64,000 bases of DNA from the NCBI RefSeq assembly GCF_032191835.1, contig NC_083224.1, forward strand, positions 62,434,001-62,498,000, given 5' to 3'. Under the pieces are notes generated by a model. That model did not search any database and was not told the DNA's origin. It worked only from the letters and a program-made list of their open reading frames with translations. The DNA comes from Heteronotia binoei. Its lineage: Eukaryota. The translations under genes and the position numbers were made by a program. Positions 13,247 to 23,802 of the stretch are shown here, piece after piece (within the stretch, counting starts at the first letter, position 1; the number at the start of each line of letters is the position of its first letter).

Positions 13247-13436
13247 GCAGTGACTTATGGTGACCCATGGGGTTTTCAAGACAAGAGACATTCAGAGGTA
13301 GTTTGCTATTATCTCTCTTGGCATAGTAACCATGGTATTCCTCAGTAGTTTCCCTGCCAAATACTGACCAGGGCTGACCCTGCTTAGCTTCCAAGATCTG
13401 ATGAGATTCAGGTAGCCTGAGCTATCCAGGTCAGGA
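13247..13436 (-). mobile_element. 5S rRNA-derived SINE (5S-Sauria-like)
   Basis: Minus strand reads GATCTTGGAAGCTAAGCAGGGTCAGCCCTGGTCAGTATTTGG (5S internal control region) followed by an RTE-type tail. Confidence 0.7.
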
Positions 13437-14339
13437 CTGAAATGAACACTAATCCTTTGTTTAGGGAAGGAAAATGCTTAGGGTTCTATATGTGCTTTGA
13501 AAAAGAGGATAGTTGGTATGTGGAAGATACAACAGTGACAGGAACACTGTCCAACCTGCAGTGCTTATTGATGTCATTAATAGGATTATATCAGTAGGTT
13601 TCTATTTGTAGTATTTTTGCCAGTCATTGGTAGGGAGTGCTTTTTGGACCTTAATAAAGATAGAGCAGAAATGCAATCTTCCTGCCTGTGCTGAGTATTT
13701 CCTTTGTGTGCACAAGTACTCTATCACTTATTTTGTTTAGCTATTGCTTTGCAGTTACTAAACTGTGTATAGGACTTGGTGTCTGCCTTCTTGGGGTGCC
13801 AAATGCAGTGTCTGTACTCGCTCTATGACTTTGCCTGCCATTTTTTGGGGGGTCAAATTCTTACCTCTTTGTATTCTGCTATGTCTATGGTGATGCATTT
13901 TTTCTTCTGCCTGAATCTTGGCATGGAGAGTTTCTTTGAAGAAAGTTACAATCCCTGAAAATTCCAAACTGATTGCATGGGGATATTACAAAATTAGAAC
14001 TGGAAATGTGTTTTGTTTTTAATTGTCACTTTATCTTGTTTGCCTGAAATTTGGCAGGCATGAGAAGTACAGTCTCAAAAATATTCCTTCAAGGAGGAAC
14101 CAGAAAAAATTACAGCTGAAAATCTGTTTCCCATAGAAATCAATGGAAATAAAGAAAGTGAATATACACAGTAAGTAATGAAAAACATAAATTCTTACAG
14201 GGCAAAATGAACCACATATGAATAAAATTTTGATAGTAGTGTCAAGGAGGATTGGACCTCTGTTGACTTTACCTTGAAAGCCTTCTGTTAGTTGTGACCT
14301 ATTTATCTTTTATATTAGAGGTTCATCACATACCCTTCT

Positions 14340-14553
14340 GGGATGGCAGCTCCAGGTTGAGAAATTCCTGGAGATTTGTGGGGGATGGAGTCAGGGGTGG
14401 AGGGTTGGGGAGGGGGGACTTTAATAGGGTATGATGTCATAGACTCTACCTTCCAAAGTGACCATTTTCTACGGGGGAACTGAACTCTGTTGCATGGGGA
14501 TCAGCTGCAATCACAGGAGATTTTCAACCACTACTCGGAAGTTGACAACCCTG
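14340..14553. mobile_element. MITE (TAGGGTTGC family), partial
   Basis: Ends GTTGACAACCCTG; internal CCATTTTCT..GGGGAACTGA shared with 49530-49700. Confidence 0.45.
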
Positions 14554-14792
14554 TTTGGTATAGTGGTTAAGTGTGCAGACACTTATCTGGGAGAACCGGG
14601 TTTGATTCCCCACTCCTCCACCTGCAGCTGCTGGAATGGCCTTGGGTCAGTCATAGCTCTCTGAGTTGTCCTTGAAAGGGCAGTGTCTGTGAAAGCTCTC
14701 TCAGCCTCACCTTACCTCACAGTGTGTCCGTTGTGGGGGAAGAAGATAAAGGAGATTGTAAACCACTCTGATTCAGAGAGAAGGGCAGGGTA
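14552..14792 (+). mobile_element. tRNA-derived SINE (Squam3-like)
   Basis: A box TGGTATAGTGG, B box GGTTTGATTCCCC; body nearly collinear with 58568-58832. Confidence 0.75.
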
Positions 14793-16714
14793 GATTCAGA
14801 GAGAAGGGCTGCTGCCACTGCTGATACTCTTAGGTACATTATCCCAAAGGGAGTACTTCCAGGGTATGCTATTACATTCATGTTTAAGATTGCTTTGAAG
14901 AGTATTTATTGTGGAGATTTTTGGCCTTGACTATTGATTATATGTATGCTACATATGTATGCTACATATCTTCTAATCAAGATAAGATGCAATATTGTCT
15001 TGCATACAGTTGTGAAAGATCTCTGTGTCCCCCTTTCAGACTCTGGAATAATATATTATTGAACTCATAATGGAAATTAAGAGGAATTGATTTCAATCAG
15101 CCTTTAATCCTAGAGTTTGGTTACCACTACTGATCTCTCATTACTTTGGTTGACCAGAGGTAGATTGGGATTAATTGTTCCTGGATTAGTAATCTGTACC
15201 TCCCTTGTTGTTTGAACCCTGAACCATTTTGTGGTCTTTTATTTATCCCTTTATTTTCTCAAAGTGTCTTTCTTGCTGTGCAATCTCAGTGTAGGAGCAA
15301 CAGCCTTGCAAATTTTTGTTCAAAAAAGAGCAATCAACTTCAGGGCCCCTTTGTTTCTGACCCGCAGGTGGGATATCACACTGCTGTCATGGGAAAGTTA
15401 CCTGCAGGTATGTCACATGGGTCAAGAGCTGCTTGTAGGTTGTTTTAAACAATTATGCTTCAAGGCACAGACACGCCTGGCTTGACAGTACATATTGTGA
15501 CACAAGAAAAATCAGATGCCCCTGCCACTCCCTTGAGCAATCAGTAGCTGGAAGAAATATTGCACTGTGGTTTGAGCACATATACAATTCAATAGCCGTA
15601 GAGCTGCCTTAAAGGGAAGTATGCAGAGTGTGTGTGACAAATGTCAAATTCGTGTGCGTGTGGCGTAGAAAGGCCTGGACATTTTCAGAGGCATTATCCC
15701 CTGTATAATACTTGCTGGAGAGGTTATCAACATCTTCTGTATGCATTTGCTTAAAATGAATTGCGGCTAATAGCCTTGTATTGTAGACAACACAAGGAAA
15801 TTAATGGGATGCCAAAAGTAATCAGTAAGTTTCAGTCCCTGTTCCTCTTCAGTGAGAGCAGTTTCATAATGGAAAGTTTAAGCCTATTGAATCTGGAGAC
15901 TATGAGAAATGGAAAACAACACTGGCCAGAATAGTCAGTCATAGGTTTGTATTCATATCCTTTTCTTCCCCATTAACAACATTTGCACATGGCACAAATT
16001 GTAGGCTAGCAGCTCAGACTTTTAAAAATACCATGTGGGGAAACTATTGTCCTCACTTATTTTTTGATAGCTGAACTAAATATTTTTTTTGCCACTTCAT
16101 TAAGGTTTTTGAGTCCCAGTGCTTGATGCTCAACAGCCATGCATTTCTCTCCCCCCACAGTATTCTACTTATTCAGTGATTACTAAATATGAAAACCTGT
16201 ACTATCCATGAGCTTTGTTTTCCCATTGATCCACAGATTTCAAAGGCATTAGCAAATACAAAATGTAGCACTGAGGGAATGAGTGACATGGGAAGCATGA
16301 GAGGATTGTGTGGGACTTTGCAACATAAACACTGTTTTGCTGGTGGTTTAGTGCACTGCTGCTGCATCTGTGCCCCTTCAAACCCAGCAGCCATTTTCCT
16401 TCAGCATGCTATACAAACAAAATGAATCAAGTGGTACTCACAGCTAATTAAAGATGTTTCTTTGCAAAATAAATGAATGCAAGGCAGAAGTGCCATTAAA
16501 AAACAGGACTTTTACTTGGTGTCCTGTCAGTAATTAGCAGCTTGAGAGATGCAGAGCACAAATGTTATTTAAAACAAGTGTTTACCAATTTTTTTTAAAA
16601 AAGAGGCTAATCCTCCAGATTTATTGCCTTAGTCAAAGAAGAAAACAGAAACAAGAATCCCAGAATAGCAGACTCAAAGTGAGGTTAGGGTTTTGTCATT
16701 TTTCCTGGCCTTTT

Positions 16715-16780
16715 GATTGCCCCCCCCAAGTCGGAATGAAGAGTCGGACACAATGCATTGGTATAATAATTGGGCCACTT
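16715..16780 (-). repeat. Split direct repeat B2 (segment still shared with B1)
   Basis: GATTGCCCC..AAGT(C/T)GGAATGAAGAGTCGGACACAATGCATTGGTATAATAATTGGGCCACTT matches 17501-17565; AATAAA on minus at 16779-16784. Confidence 0.9.
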
Positions 16781-17333
16781 TATTAATCATCTTAATAAAA
16801 ACGGCAAGGGCACCCAAACTGCAGCCTGGCCAGGGCTAGGGGTCTCAATAGACCACTCCCCTGCCATTTGCGGGTGAGAGACCCAGCACCCAGCCAGAGC
16901 TGAGTGACATAGCTCCCTCCAGGCCGGCCCGGCAGGGAGGCACGCCCCAGAGGGCCCAAGCACCAGACGCATGTCTCAATGGAAGGCGCCCTCTAGTCGA
17001 GCCTCCGGGACAGTCTGCGTTCTCCCCACATCGGGTCATCATAACCCGGGTGATCATGCCAGACCCCTAAAACCCCAAAAGGGGGATGCTTCATGGTCCT
17101 CTCCTAGCCGCATAGTGCCCTACCCCAGAAAACCTGCCAAACTAAAGTGACCAACCTATTTAACAGCACCTCCCAATAGCCAAATCCACAATCCACTGTT
17201 TCGCTATGTAGGGTAGGCGAAAAAACACCCCAGCAACTGCCAATCAGCTGGGGAGCAAAAAATTCCTACCCGGCCGCACAACAAGTAACGACCAGCAAAC
17301 GCCTACATAACAAACAGGGTGGGTGGGAGGGCC

Positions 17334-17504
17334 GATTGTCGATGGGGACTGAGGCAGGGAGCGGAGGTCTGGCCATTACAATGGCCTGGCCCCGCCCCCT
17401 CAAAAATGCGCCCTAATGGGCCGTCAGTCCTCCCTTCCCTCCAAGGGAGGCAAACAAGGCAAAAACAGCCTAGCAGTGTTGCTGCAGGCTGCAAGCCTCA
17501 GATT
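17334..17504 (-). repeat. Split direct repeat A2
   Basis: 171-nt ungapped match to 23803-23973, 15 mismatches by manual count. Confidence 0.92.
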
Positions 17505-17565
17505 GCCCCACCAAGTTGGAATGAAGAGTCGGACACAATGCATTGGTATAATAATTGGGCCACTT
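17501..17565 (-). repeat. Split direct repeat B1 (remnant, cut by CR1)
   Basis: Matches 16715-16780 up to the CR1 5' junction. Confidence 0.9.
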
Positions 17566-18745
17566 CCTCATCAAAGGCTCCTTAGAAAGCTCGAGAGTCA
17601 TGGAGTAAAAGGACAGGTCCTCTTGTGGATCAAAAACTGGCTAATTAATAGGAAGTAGAGAGTGAGTATAAATGGGCAGTCTTCTCAGTGGAGGGCAGTA
17701 AGCAGAGGGGTGCCGCAGGGCTCAGTACTGGGTCCCATGCTCTTTAACTTGTTCATTAATGATTTGGAGATAGGAGTGAGCAGTGAAGGGGCCAAGTTTG
17801 CGGATGACGCTAAATTGTTCAGGGTGGTGAGAAGCAGAGAGGATTGTGAGGCACTCCAAAGGGATCTGTTGAGGCTGGGTGAGAGGGCATCAACGTGGCA
17901 GATGAGGTTCAATATGGCCAAGTGCAAAGTAATGCACATTGGGGCCAAGAATCCCAGCTTCAAATACAAGTTGATGGGGTGTGAACTGGCAGAGAATGAC
18001 CAAGAGAGAGATCTTGGGGTCGTGGTAGATAACTCACTGAAAATATCAAGACAGTGTGCGACTGCAATAAAAAAGGCCAACACCATGCTGGGAATAATTA
18101 GGAAGGGAATTGAAAACAAATCAGTCAGTATACAGTATGCCCCTGTATAAATCAATGGTGTGGTCTCATTTGGAATACTGTGTGCAATTCTGGTCACTGC
18201 ACCTCAAAAATGATATTATAGCATTGGAAAAAGTACAGAAAAGGGCAACTAGAATGATTAAAGGTTTAGAACACTTTCCCTATGAAGAAAGGTTAAAACG
18301 CTTGGGACTCTTTAGCTTGGAGAAACGTCGACTGCGGGGTGACATGATAGAGGTTTACAAGATTATGCAGGGGATGGAGAAAGTAGAGAAAGAAGAACTT
18401 TTCTCTTTTTCTCACAATACAAGAACTCGTGGGCATTCGATGAAATTGCTGAGCAGTCAGGTTAAAACGGATAAAAGGAAGTACTTCTTCACGCAAAGGG
18501 TGATTAACATGTGGAATTCACTGCCACAGGAGGTGGTGGCAGCTACAAGCATAGCCAACTTCAAGAGGGGGTTAGATAAAAAATATGGAGCAGAAGTCCA
18601 TCAGTGGCTATTAGCCACAGTGTGTATATGTCTGTGTCTGTCTGTCTATCTATCTATGTAATTTTTTTGGCCACTGTGTGACACAGAGTGTTGGAATGGA
18701 TAGGCCATTGGCCTGATCCAACATGGCTTCTCTTATGTTCTTATG
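17564..18745 (+). mobile_element. 5'-truncated CR1 LINE inserted in Ngaro copy 1
   Basis: RT motifs PQGSVLGP and KFADD, C-terminal NMWNSLP; 3' UTR with microsatellite; TCTTATGTTCTTATG tail. Confidence 0.95.
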
Positions 18746-19235
18746 AGGTCAGGAAATTTTGTAGAAATATCTGGATGGGGCAGATAGTGGCCCAACCCCC
18801 CTTCCAATGCCTTCCTAATTTCCTTATTAGCTTTGTAGAGTGCTCTCTCAATAGCTGCAGGGTCCAATGCACTGCGCCAAACAAGGCGGGGCAGCATGGC
18901 TGACCAAATTATATTGGTCCCAGGCCATCGCTCCCTAATGTACTGAAGATCCTCACGGGCCTGCCAGACTAACGCTTTGCCTTTTACTAGTCCGAGATCA
19001 TTCCCTCCCAGGTGAATAATTAAAACCTGAGGAGGAAGGTCCATACTCCCTTGGAATAAAAAAGGCAGCAGGCCTGGCCACTGAAGGCCCCGGCGCCCCT
19101 GCCACTCGATACAAACATATTGGCTGAGTCCCAGCTGAGAGCTGACCGAAGTTTTCCACGCCTGATGAGCAGCCCAAAACGCATGGCTATGGCCGCAAAC
19201 GAGAACTCGGCTCCTCTGGCTAGGAACAACAGCAT
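18746..19235 (-). pseudogene. Ngaro SGNH hydrolase, copy 1 (block V lost at the CR1 junction)
   Basis: Frame open from the acceptor at 19235: (D)AVVPSQRSRVLVCGHSHAFW...QGRRGLQW...HLGGNDLG...; truncated at FPDL. Confidence 0.85.
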
Positions 19236-19380
19236 CTAAAAAAAGAGAAAACAGTCAAACAAGAACATAACCCGCAACATTTCAGCCAAACAATTAAAGA
19301 TAGGGACTGAGCAAAGGTCGAACATTGTACTTGTAAGCTGACTTGTAAGCTGAAGAGCACCAACGCCCCAAGCGTATAGG

Positions 19381-19905
19381 TTTGATTAAAGGTTTGGAAC
19401 ACTTTCCCAATGAAGAAAGGTTAAAATGCTTGGGGCTCTTTAGCTTGGAGAAACGCCGACTGCGGGGTGACATGATAGAGGTTTACAAGATTATGCATGG
19501 GATGGAGAAGGTAGAGAAGTACTTTTCTCCCTTTCTCGCAATACAAGAACTCGTGGGCATTCAATGAAATTGCTGAGCAGACAGGTTAGAATGGATAAAA
19601 GAAAGTACTTCTTCACGCAAAGGGTGATTAACATGTGGAATTCACTGCCACAGGAGGTGGTGGCGGCTACAAGCATAGCCAACTTCAAGAGGGGGCTAGA
19701 TAAAAATATGGAGCAGAGGTCCATCANNNNNNNNNNNNNNNNNNNNNNNNNNNNNNNNNNNNNNNNNNNNNNNNNNNNNNNNNNNNNNNNNNNNNNNNNN
19801 NNNNNNNNNNNNNNNNNNNNNNNNNNNNNNNNNNNNNNNNNNNNNNNNNNNNNNNNNNNNNNAGAGTATTGGACTGGATGGGCCACTGGCTTCTCTTATG
19901 TTCTT
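19381..19905 (+). mobile_element. Short 5'-truncated CR1 inside the YR gene
   Basis: CR1 ORF2 C-terminus and TTATGTTCTTA tail; AAGC flanks both sides (19370-19373, 19906-19909). Confidence 0.9.
19727..19862. other. Assembly gap (136 N)
   Basis: N run at the position where this CR1 subfamily carries a 3' UTR microsatellite. Confidence 1.
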
Positions 19906-20728
19906 AAGCACTGAATTGAGGAGGAAGGATATCCCAAGGCAGCAGCTGTCGAAGCTGCCCCAATTCTAAAAGAGTGGTTCCCAAACCTCACCCCTGAAAA
20001 ACCCCAGCTCACCTAAAGCCCGCGCCATCACAGCCCAAAACTGATGCTTTGTCAGCGGGCTACCATTATTGTGACAGAACAAAAACCCTTCCTTAGACCC
20101 CCAAGCAGCCAAATAAGTCGTCAAAGCATAAACTGGGCACAGCTCCAGCTCGGAGCAGGTGCCAAGCTCAAGCATGGTACCTGTTTGACCCTGGTCCGTC
20201 TTAGAACCATGTACAGTAATGACCACTTTGTCCTCAGATAACCTCAGGTCCCGTAGCAACAAAGCATTGTCAGAAACATTGTTTCTGGACCAAGCCACCA
20301 GCTTGCTAACTCTAAGAACCCCCAAAAAGGCTACCAAGGATGCAGCATGAAACAAAGAAGCCTCAAAATGTAAAGCACACATCATGCCCGAAATCCCCTT
20401 TAGACCCCTAAGAATCTGAGGGGATATAGGTTTTCGTGCATCCTGCCTAGGTCCAGCCTCTCTGGCCCACCCCTCCAGCATTTTTCGGAGACGAAAATCA
20501 GCTGTTTTCTCCCTATAACCCAGCGCCTTACTGGCAAAAGCCAATGTAGACAATCGCCCCTAATGGATCACACGGCCAGTCCCTTACCTCATAAATAAAC
20601 ACTTTAGTGGAGCAACTGCTCCACCTGGAGGGGCCAAACACTGCGATACCCTACCTCAGCCCTAAAGTCCTCAAACTGCCGCACAGCATGTTCGTAAGAC
20701 TTCCTGGTGCTGGGCGCAATGGCTAGGC

Positions 20729-22046
20729 CTATCGCTCTACAGGCCTCAGCTCTCCAATCAGGCATAGCTCCTGGGGCATTGACATTGCCTCTTGATCGGC
20801 ATCTGGGGCCAGCTGACGAAACCTCTCCATCTGTTTATGAGAGAGAGCATCAGGCACCCCGTTATTCACCCGAGGAACATGCTTGGCTAAAAACAATATG
20901 TTAACCCGCAGACAACGCAGCGTGAAGGCCTGCACCAACCTCATAACCCACTGGGATTTGGATGAAAGGGAATTAATGACATGGACTACCGCCATATTAT
21001 CGCACCAAAAATGAACTGTGCGATTGGCCATATCCTTCCCCCACAGCCAAACTGCAACTAGAATGGGAAAAAACTTGCAGAATGTAAGATCTCAGTTCAT
21101 TCCCGCCTGCCTCCAGGAGTCTGGCCAACCGTCCGCATACCAATGTCTGCAGAAGTAGACTCCAAAACCCAGAGATCCAGCAGCATCAGACATGACCTGG
21201 AGCTCAGCTTCAAGCCTCATGTCTTCTCTCCAAAAGGAGATCCCATTAAAGGACTCAAAAAATTCTTGCCAAACCCCCAAATCTTCCCTCATGCTGCTGG
21301 TAACCCGCGTCCTATGCTGCGGCAAGCGTAGACCTGCCATTGCGTCACAAAGCCTATGGAGAAAGGCTTGCCCCGGAGCAACCACAGTGTCATACCACGG
21401 CCACAGCCTGATCAAAGCTGGTATACCTAACAGAGCATAAATGCTCAGGAATCCCATCATTAATAGACTTCCCTTTGGGGAAGGAAAGATGGTGAATCAA
21501 GTGAAATTCCCCAGGCGCCTTTTTAGGCACCATGCCCAATGGGGAAACCCTAAGGTTATGCACAGGGGGATGGAAAAATGGGCCCAACACCCTGCCTTTA
21601 GCCAACTCCTTGGCAATCTTATCTTTAACTACCTGCTCTAAACCCTTAACAGAACTAAGGTTCCCAGACAAAAACGGAACCCGGGGACCCTGAAAAGGGA
21701 TCCTAAAACCGAACTTGAAACCATTTAACAGGTAAATGTGGTCAGCTCTCCATGGATACCTGGACAGCCAGCGCTCAAGAGGACCCACCTTTATCGGAGT
21801 GGGCCCCTTTTCCAGCCTGATAACTTCCCCCTCCTCCTTCTGGCTTCTTTTGATTCTTACGCACCCGGTCTTTGGGGCAGTTATTGAAGGAGTGAGGCCC
21901 GCCACACATGGGGCATTCGTGCTTAAACTGACAAGCCTTTCTACTACACACTCCCTGAGAACCAAACTCCCAACAAAGCAGGGGGGGTTGAACCCCCTGC
22001 CCCGCAGAACTGCGGGAAGAGGCTGCCAAAGCCGAGGAGGTAGCAC
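20729..22046 (-). pseudogene. RT/RNase H of Ngaro copy 1, RT catalytic core deleted
   Basis: GFKFGFRIP, VSPLGMVPKK, LIHHLSFP, YTSFDQAV joined directly to VVAPG.AFL; RNase H motifs SDAAGSLGFG, CDNMAVV, N.VPDALS. No YxDD motif. Confidence 0.88.
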
Positions 22047-23171
22047 TCAACCTGGCCACCAAATGACCGCTATCAGAGCGGTCACCTAAATTTGGCTGGG
22101 CAGGAGACATGACCTGCAGCCACAGCTGCTGGTGCATACAGTCCCACTGAAGGGAAGGGTACAATGCGGCCCTCATCCTGAATTCCTCGTCATATTGAAT
22201 CCAGGCAGGTCCACTAAACATAGTGTATCCTTTATAAATTATATCCAAATACTGGATGAGTGCAGCCGCGCTCCAAGGCTGGACACGTGCAATCACTCCA
22301 GCATAGATAAAAAACCCTGGTAGCCAATTGGCCCATGTCCGATCCACCTTGCGCTTCTTCAATTTTTCCTTCTCTTTGTTGTTCAGATCCACCTTATCCT
22401 TCTTTTCCAACTCCCGAAACAGAAGGGAGAAGATATTGAAATACTCCCCCTTTAAGATCTTATCTTTTGTTGCAGGCAACAAATGATCCCCTAAAGGCAA
22501 AGCAACCTCCCCAAAAGGTAAGGCGGTAAAAGGAAGCATCCCATAAGGAGAAGGGGTGCCCCAATTCTTGATGAAAAAGCCTGCACTACCTTGCTGTCCC
22601 ACACCCAGCCAAACTACACTGGGGCCACATTGCCCAGTAGGCCAAGCCGAATTTGATAATGGCCCCACCCCTGCAGGGGAAGCAAACCCTGTACTCACAG
22701 CAGGGATGCCCTGCCCCGCAGGTGAAGCTGGACCCCAAGGCCCCCAAGGCCAAGCCAGCCCTGCATACGCTTGTGAGATGTCCCCAGCCTTACCGACAGA
22801 TCCAGCTGGCACCACCAGCTGGCTCCCGCAGCTCCAGATCATGACACCAATCCCGTGTCTGGATGGCCAAGGCCCATGGCACTGCCAGTGAAGAATGCAC
22901 CAGATCTGCCCTCAAGAATAGAAAACCTGGTTAGTACATTCGCTTGGAGCTCCCTTTTTGAAGCCCTTTCCCTTCCTGCCCCTTCAGAAGGAGAAATTCC
23001 CGACGCCTGTTCCAGCACCCGCAGCCTTTGCATAATGTTCGCATTAACAGCCTCATCACCCTCCTCGTCAGAAGACGACAGCTGGGGTGGAGGCCTCTTA
23101 GCAGGGGCCTTAGGGGCCTTTGGCGCCAGCTGTTTCCCTTTTGGCTTCCCCGACCCCTTTCCTCCAGGCAT
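21775..23171 (-). pseudogene. ORF1 (gag-like) of Ngaro copy 1, one frame break near 22840
   Basis: Basic N-terminus MPGGKGSGKPKGK; C-terminal C-x8-C-x4-C-x3-H then C-x2-C-x3-H-x4-C, also present in copy 2. Confidence 0.8.
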
Positions 23172-23479
23172 CTCTCAAAATGGCTTCCGCACAATGCCAA
23201 CTAAAATGGCCACCCTCCCTTAACTAAGAAGAAGGGGACCCAATATGGCCAACCTACAAAACATCAGGGAAGAAAATTGGCGACGCAGCTAAAACAGTAA
23301 TCCTCCCCCTGCCTGCCTGAAGTAAAACTCCCAACCAAACCACTTCCCTGTCAAAGGAGGGAGGAGGCTGGGCACCCCAACAATAAGAAGAGAAAAAAGA
23401 CTGCCCTGCGTGATCCTGGCTCCAACCGACGACCCTCAAAATTTGTCCTCACTGCCCCAAAATGACAAGAGAGTGCACA

Positions 23480-23705
23480 GCTCACAGGAAAGGCCCTTTG
23501 CCCGTCAAGACGGCCACCACCGCCAAAGATGCAGCCTCCAAGCCTGGGGAGCATCTAGCTCCCAAGAGACTTTCCTCGCCTGCAAAGACGGCCGCTGCCG
23601 CCACAGACCCAGCCTCTGAGCCTGGGGAGCGCCCAGCTCCCAAGAGACTTTCCTTGCCTGCAAAGGCGGTCACCGCAGCCACAGGCGCAGCCTCTGAGCT
23701 TCAGG
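23480..23705. repeat. 78-bp tandem repeat (~3 units) in the Ngaro 5' leader
   Basis: CCCAAGAGACTTTCC at 23561 and 23639; flanking partial units. Confidence 0.85.
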
Positions 23706-23802
23706 CTCCTGAATCCCTGCAAGACCGCGCTAACCCCGACGAAGAGGCAAGGCCTCCTCCCCGTCAGCACTCCAAGCCTACAAAGATCAACCCTTCAAAG
23801 CT

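Larger units (their letters stand above)
19294..20760 (-). pseudogene. Tyrosine recombinase of Ngaro copy 1, frameshifted and split by CR1
   Basis: IAPSTRKSY, AFLGVLRVSKL, SKTDQ, CPV, HSFRIGAAST, then [11 protein letters not shown] beyond the CR1 insert. Confidence 0.88.

Noticed and set aside
13340-13420. 5S rRNA gene
   Set aside because: Only part of the control region, diverged, and fused to a retroposon tail in multiple copies, so a SINE.
14552-14625. tRNA gene
   Set aside because: A and B boxes are present but I could not fold a cloverleaf, and the sequence continues into a SINE body.
16727-17565. Repeated ~55-nt sequence as a CRISPR-like repeat
   Set aside because: Only two copies ~790 bp apart, explained as Ngaro B repeats; eukaryotic context with no cas genes.
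17685-18197. 170-aa ORF and similar ORFs at 36672-37103 and 41175-41525 as novel proteins
   Set aside because: They are antisense frames of CR1 RT sequence.
19727-19862. Ngaro copy 1 as a scaffolding chimera across the gap
   Set aside because: The YR frame resumes correctly on both sides with a short TSD, and A1 matches A2 across the gap.
23253-23280. Possible extra splice acceptor in the Ngaro 5' leader
   Set aside because: The TGTAG|G in copy 2 lacks a pyrimidine tract and I found no matching donor.
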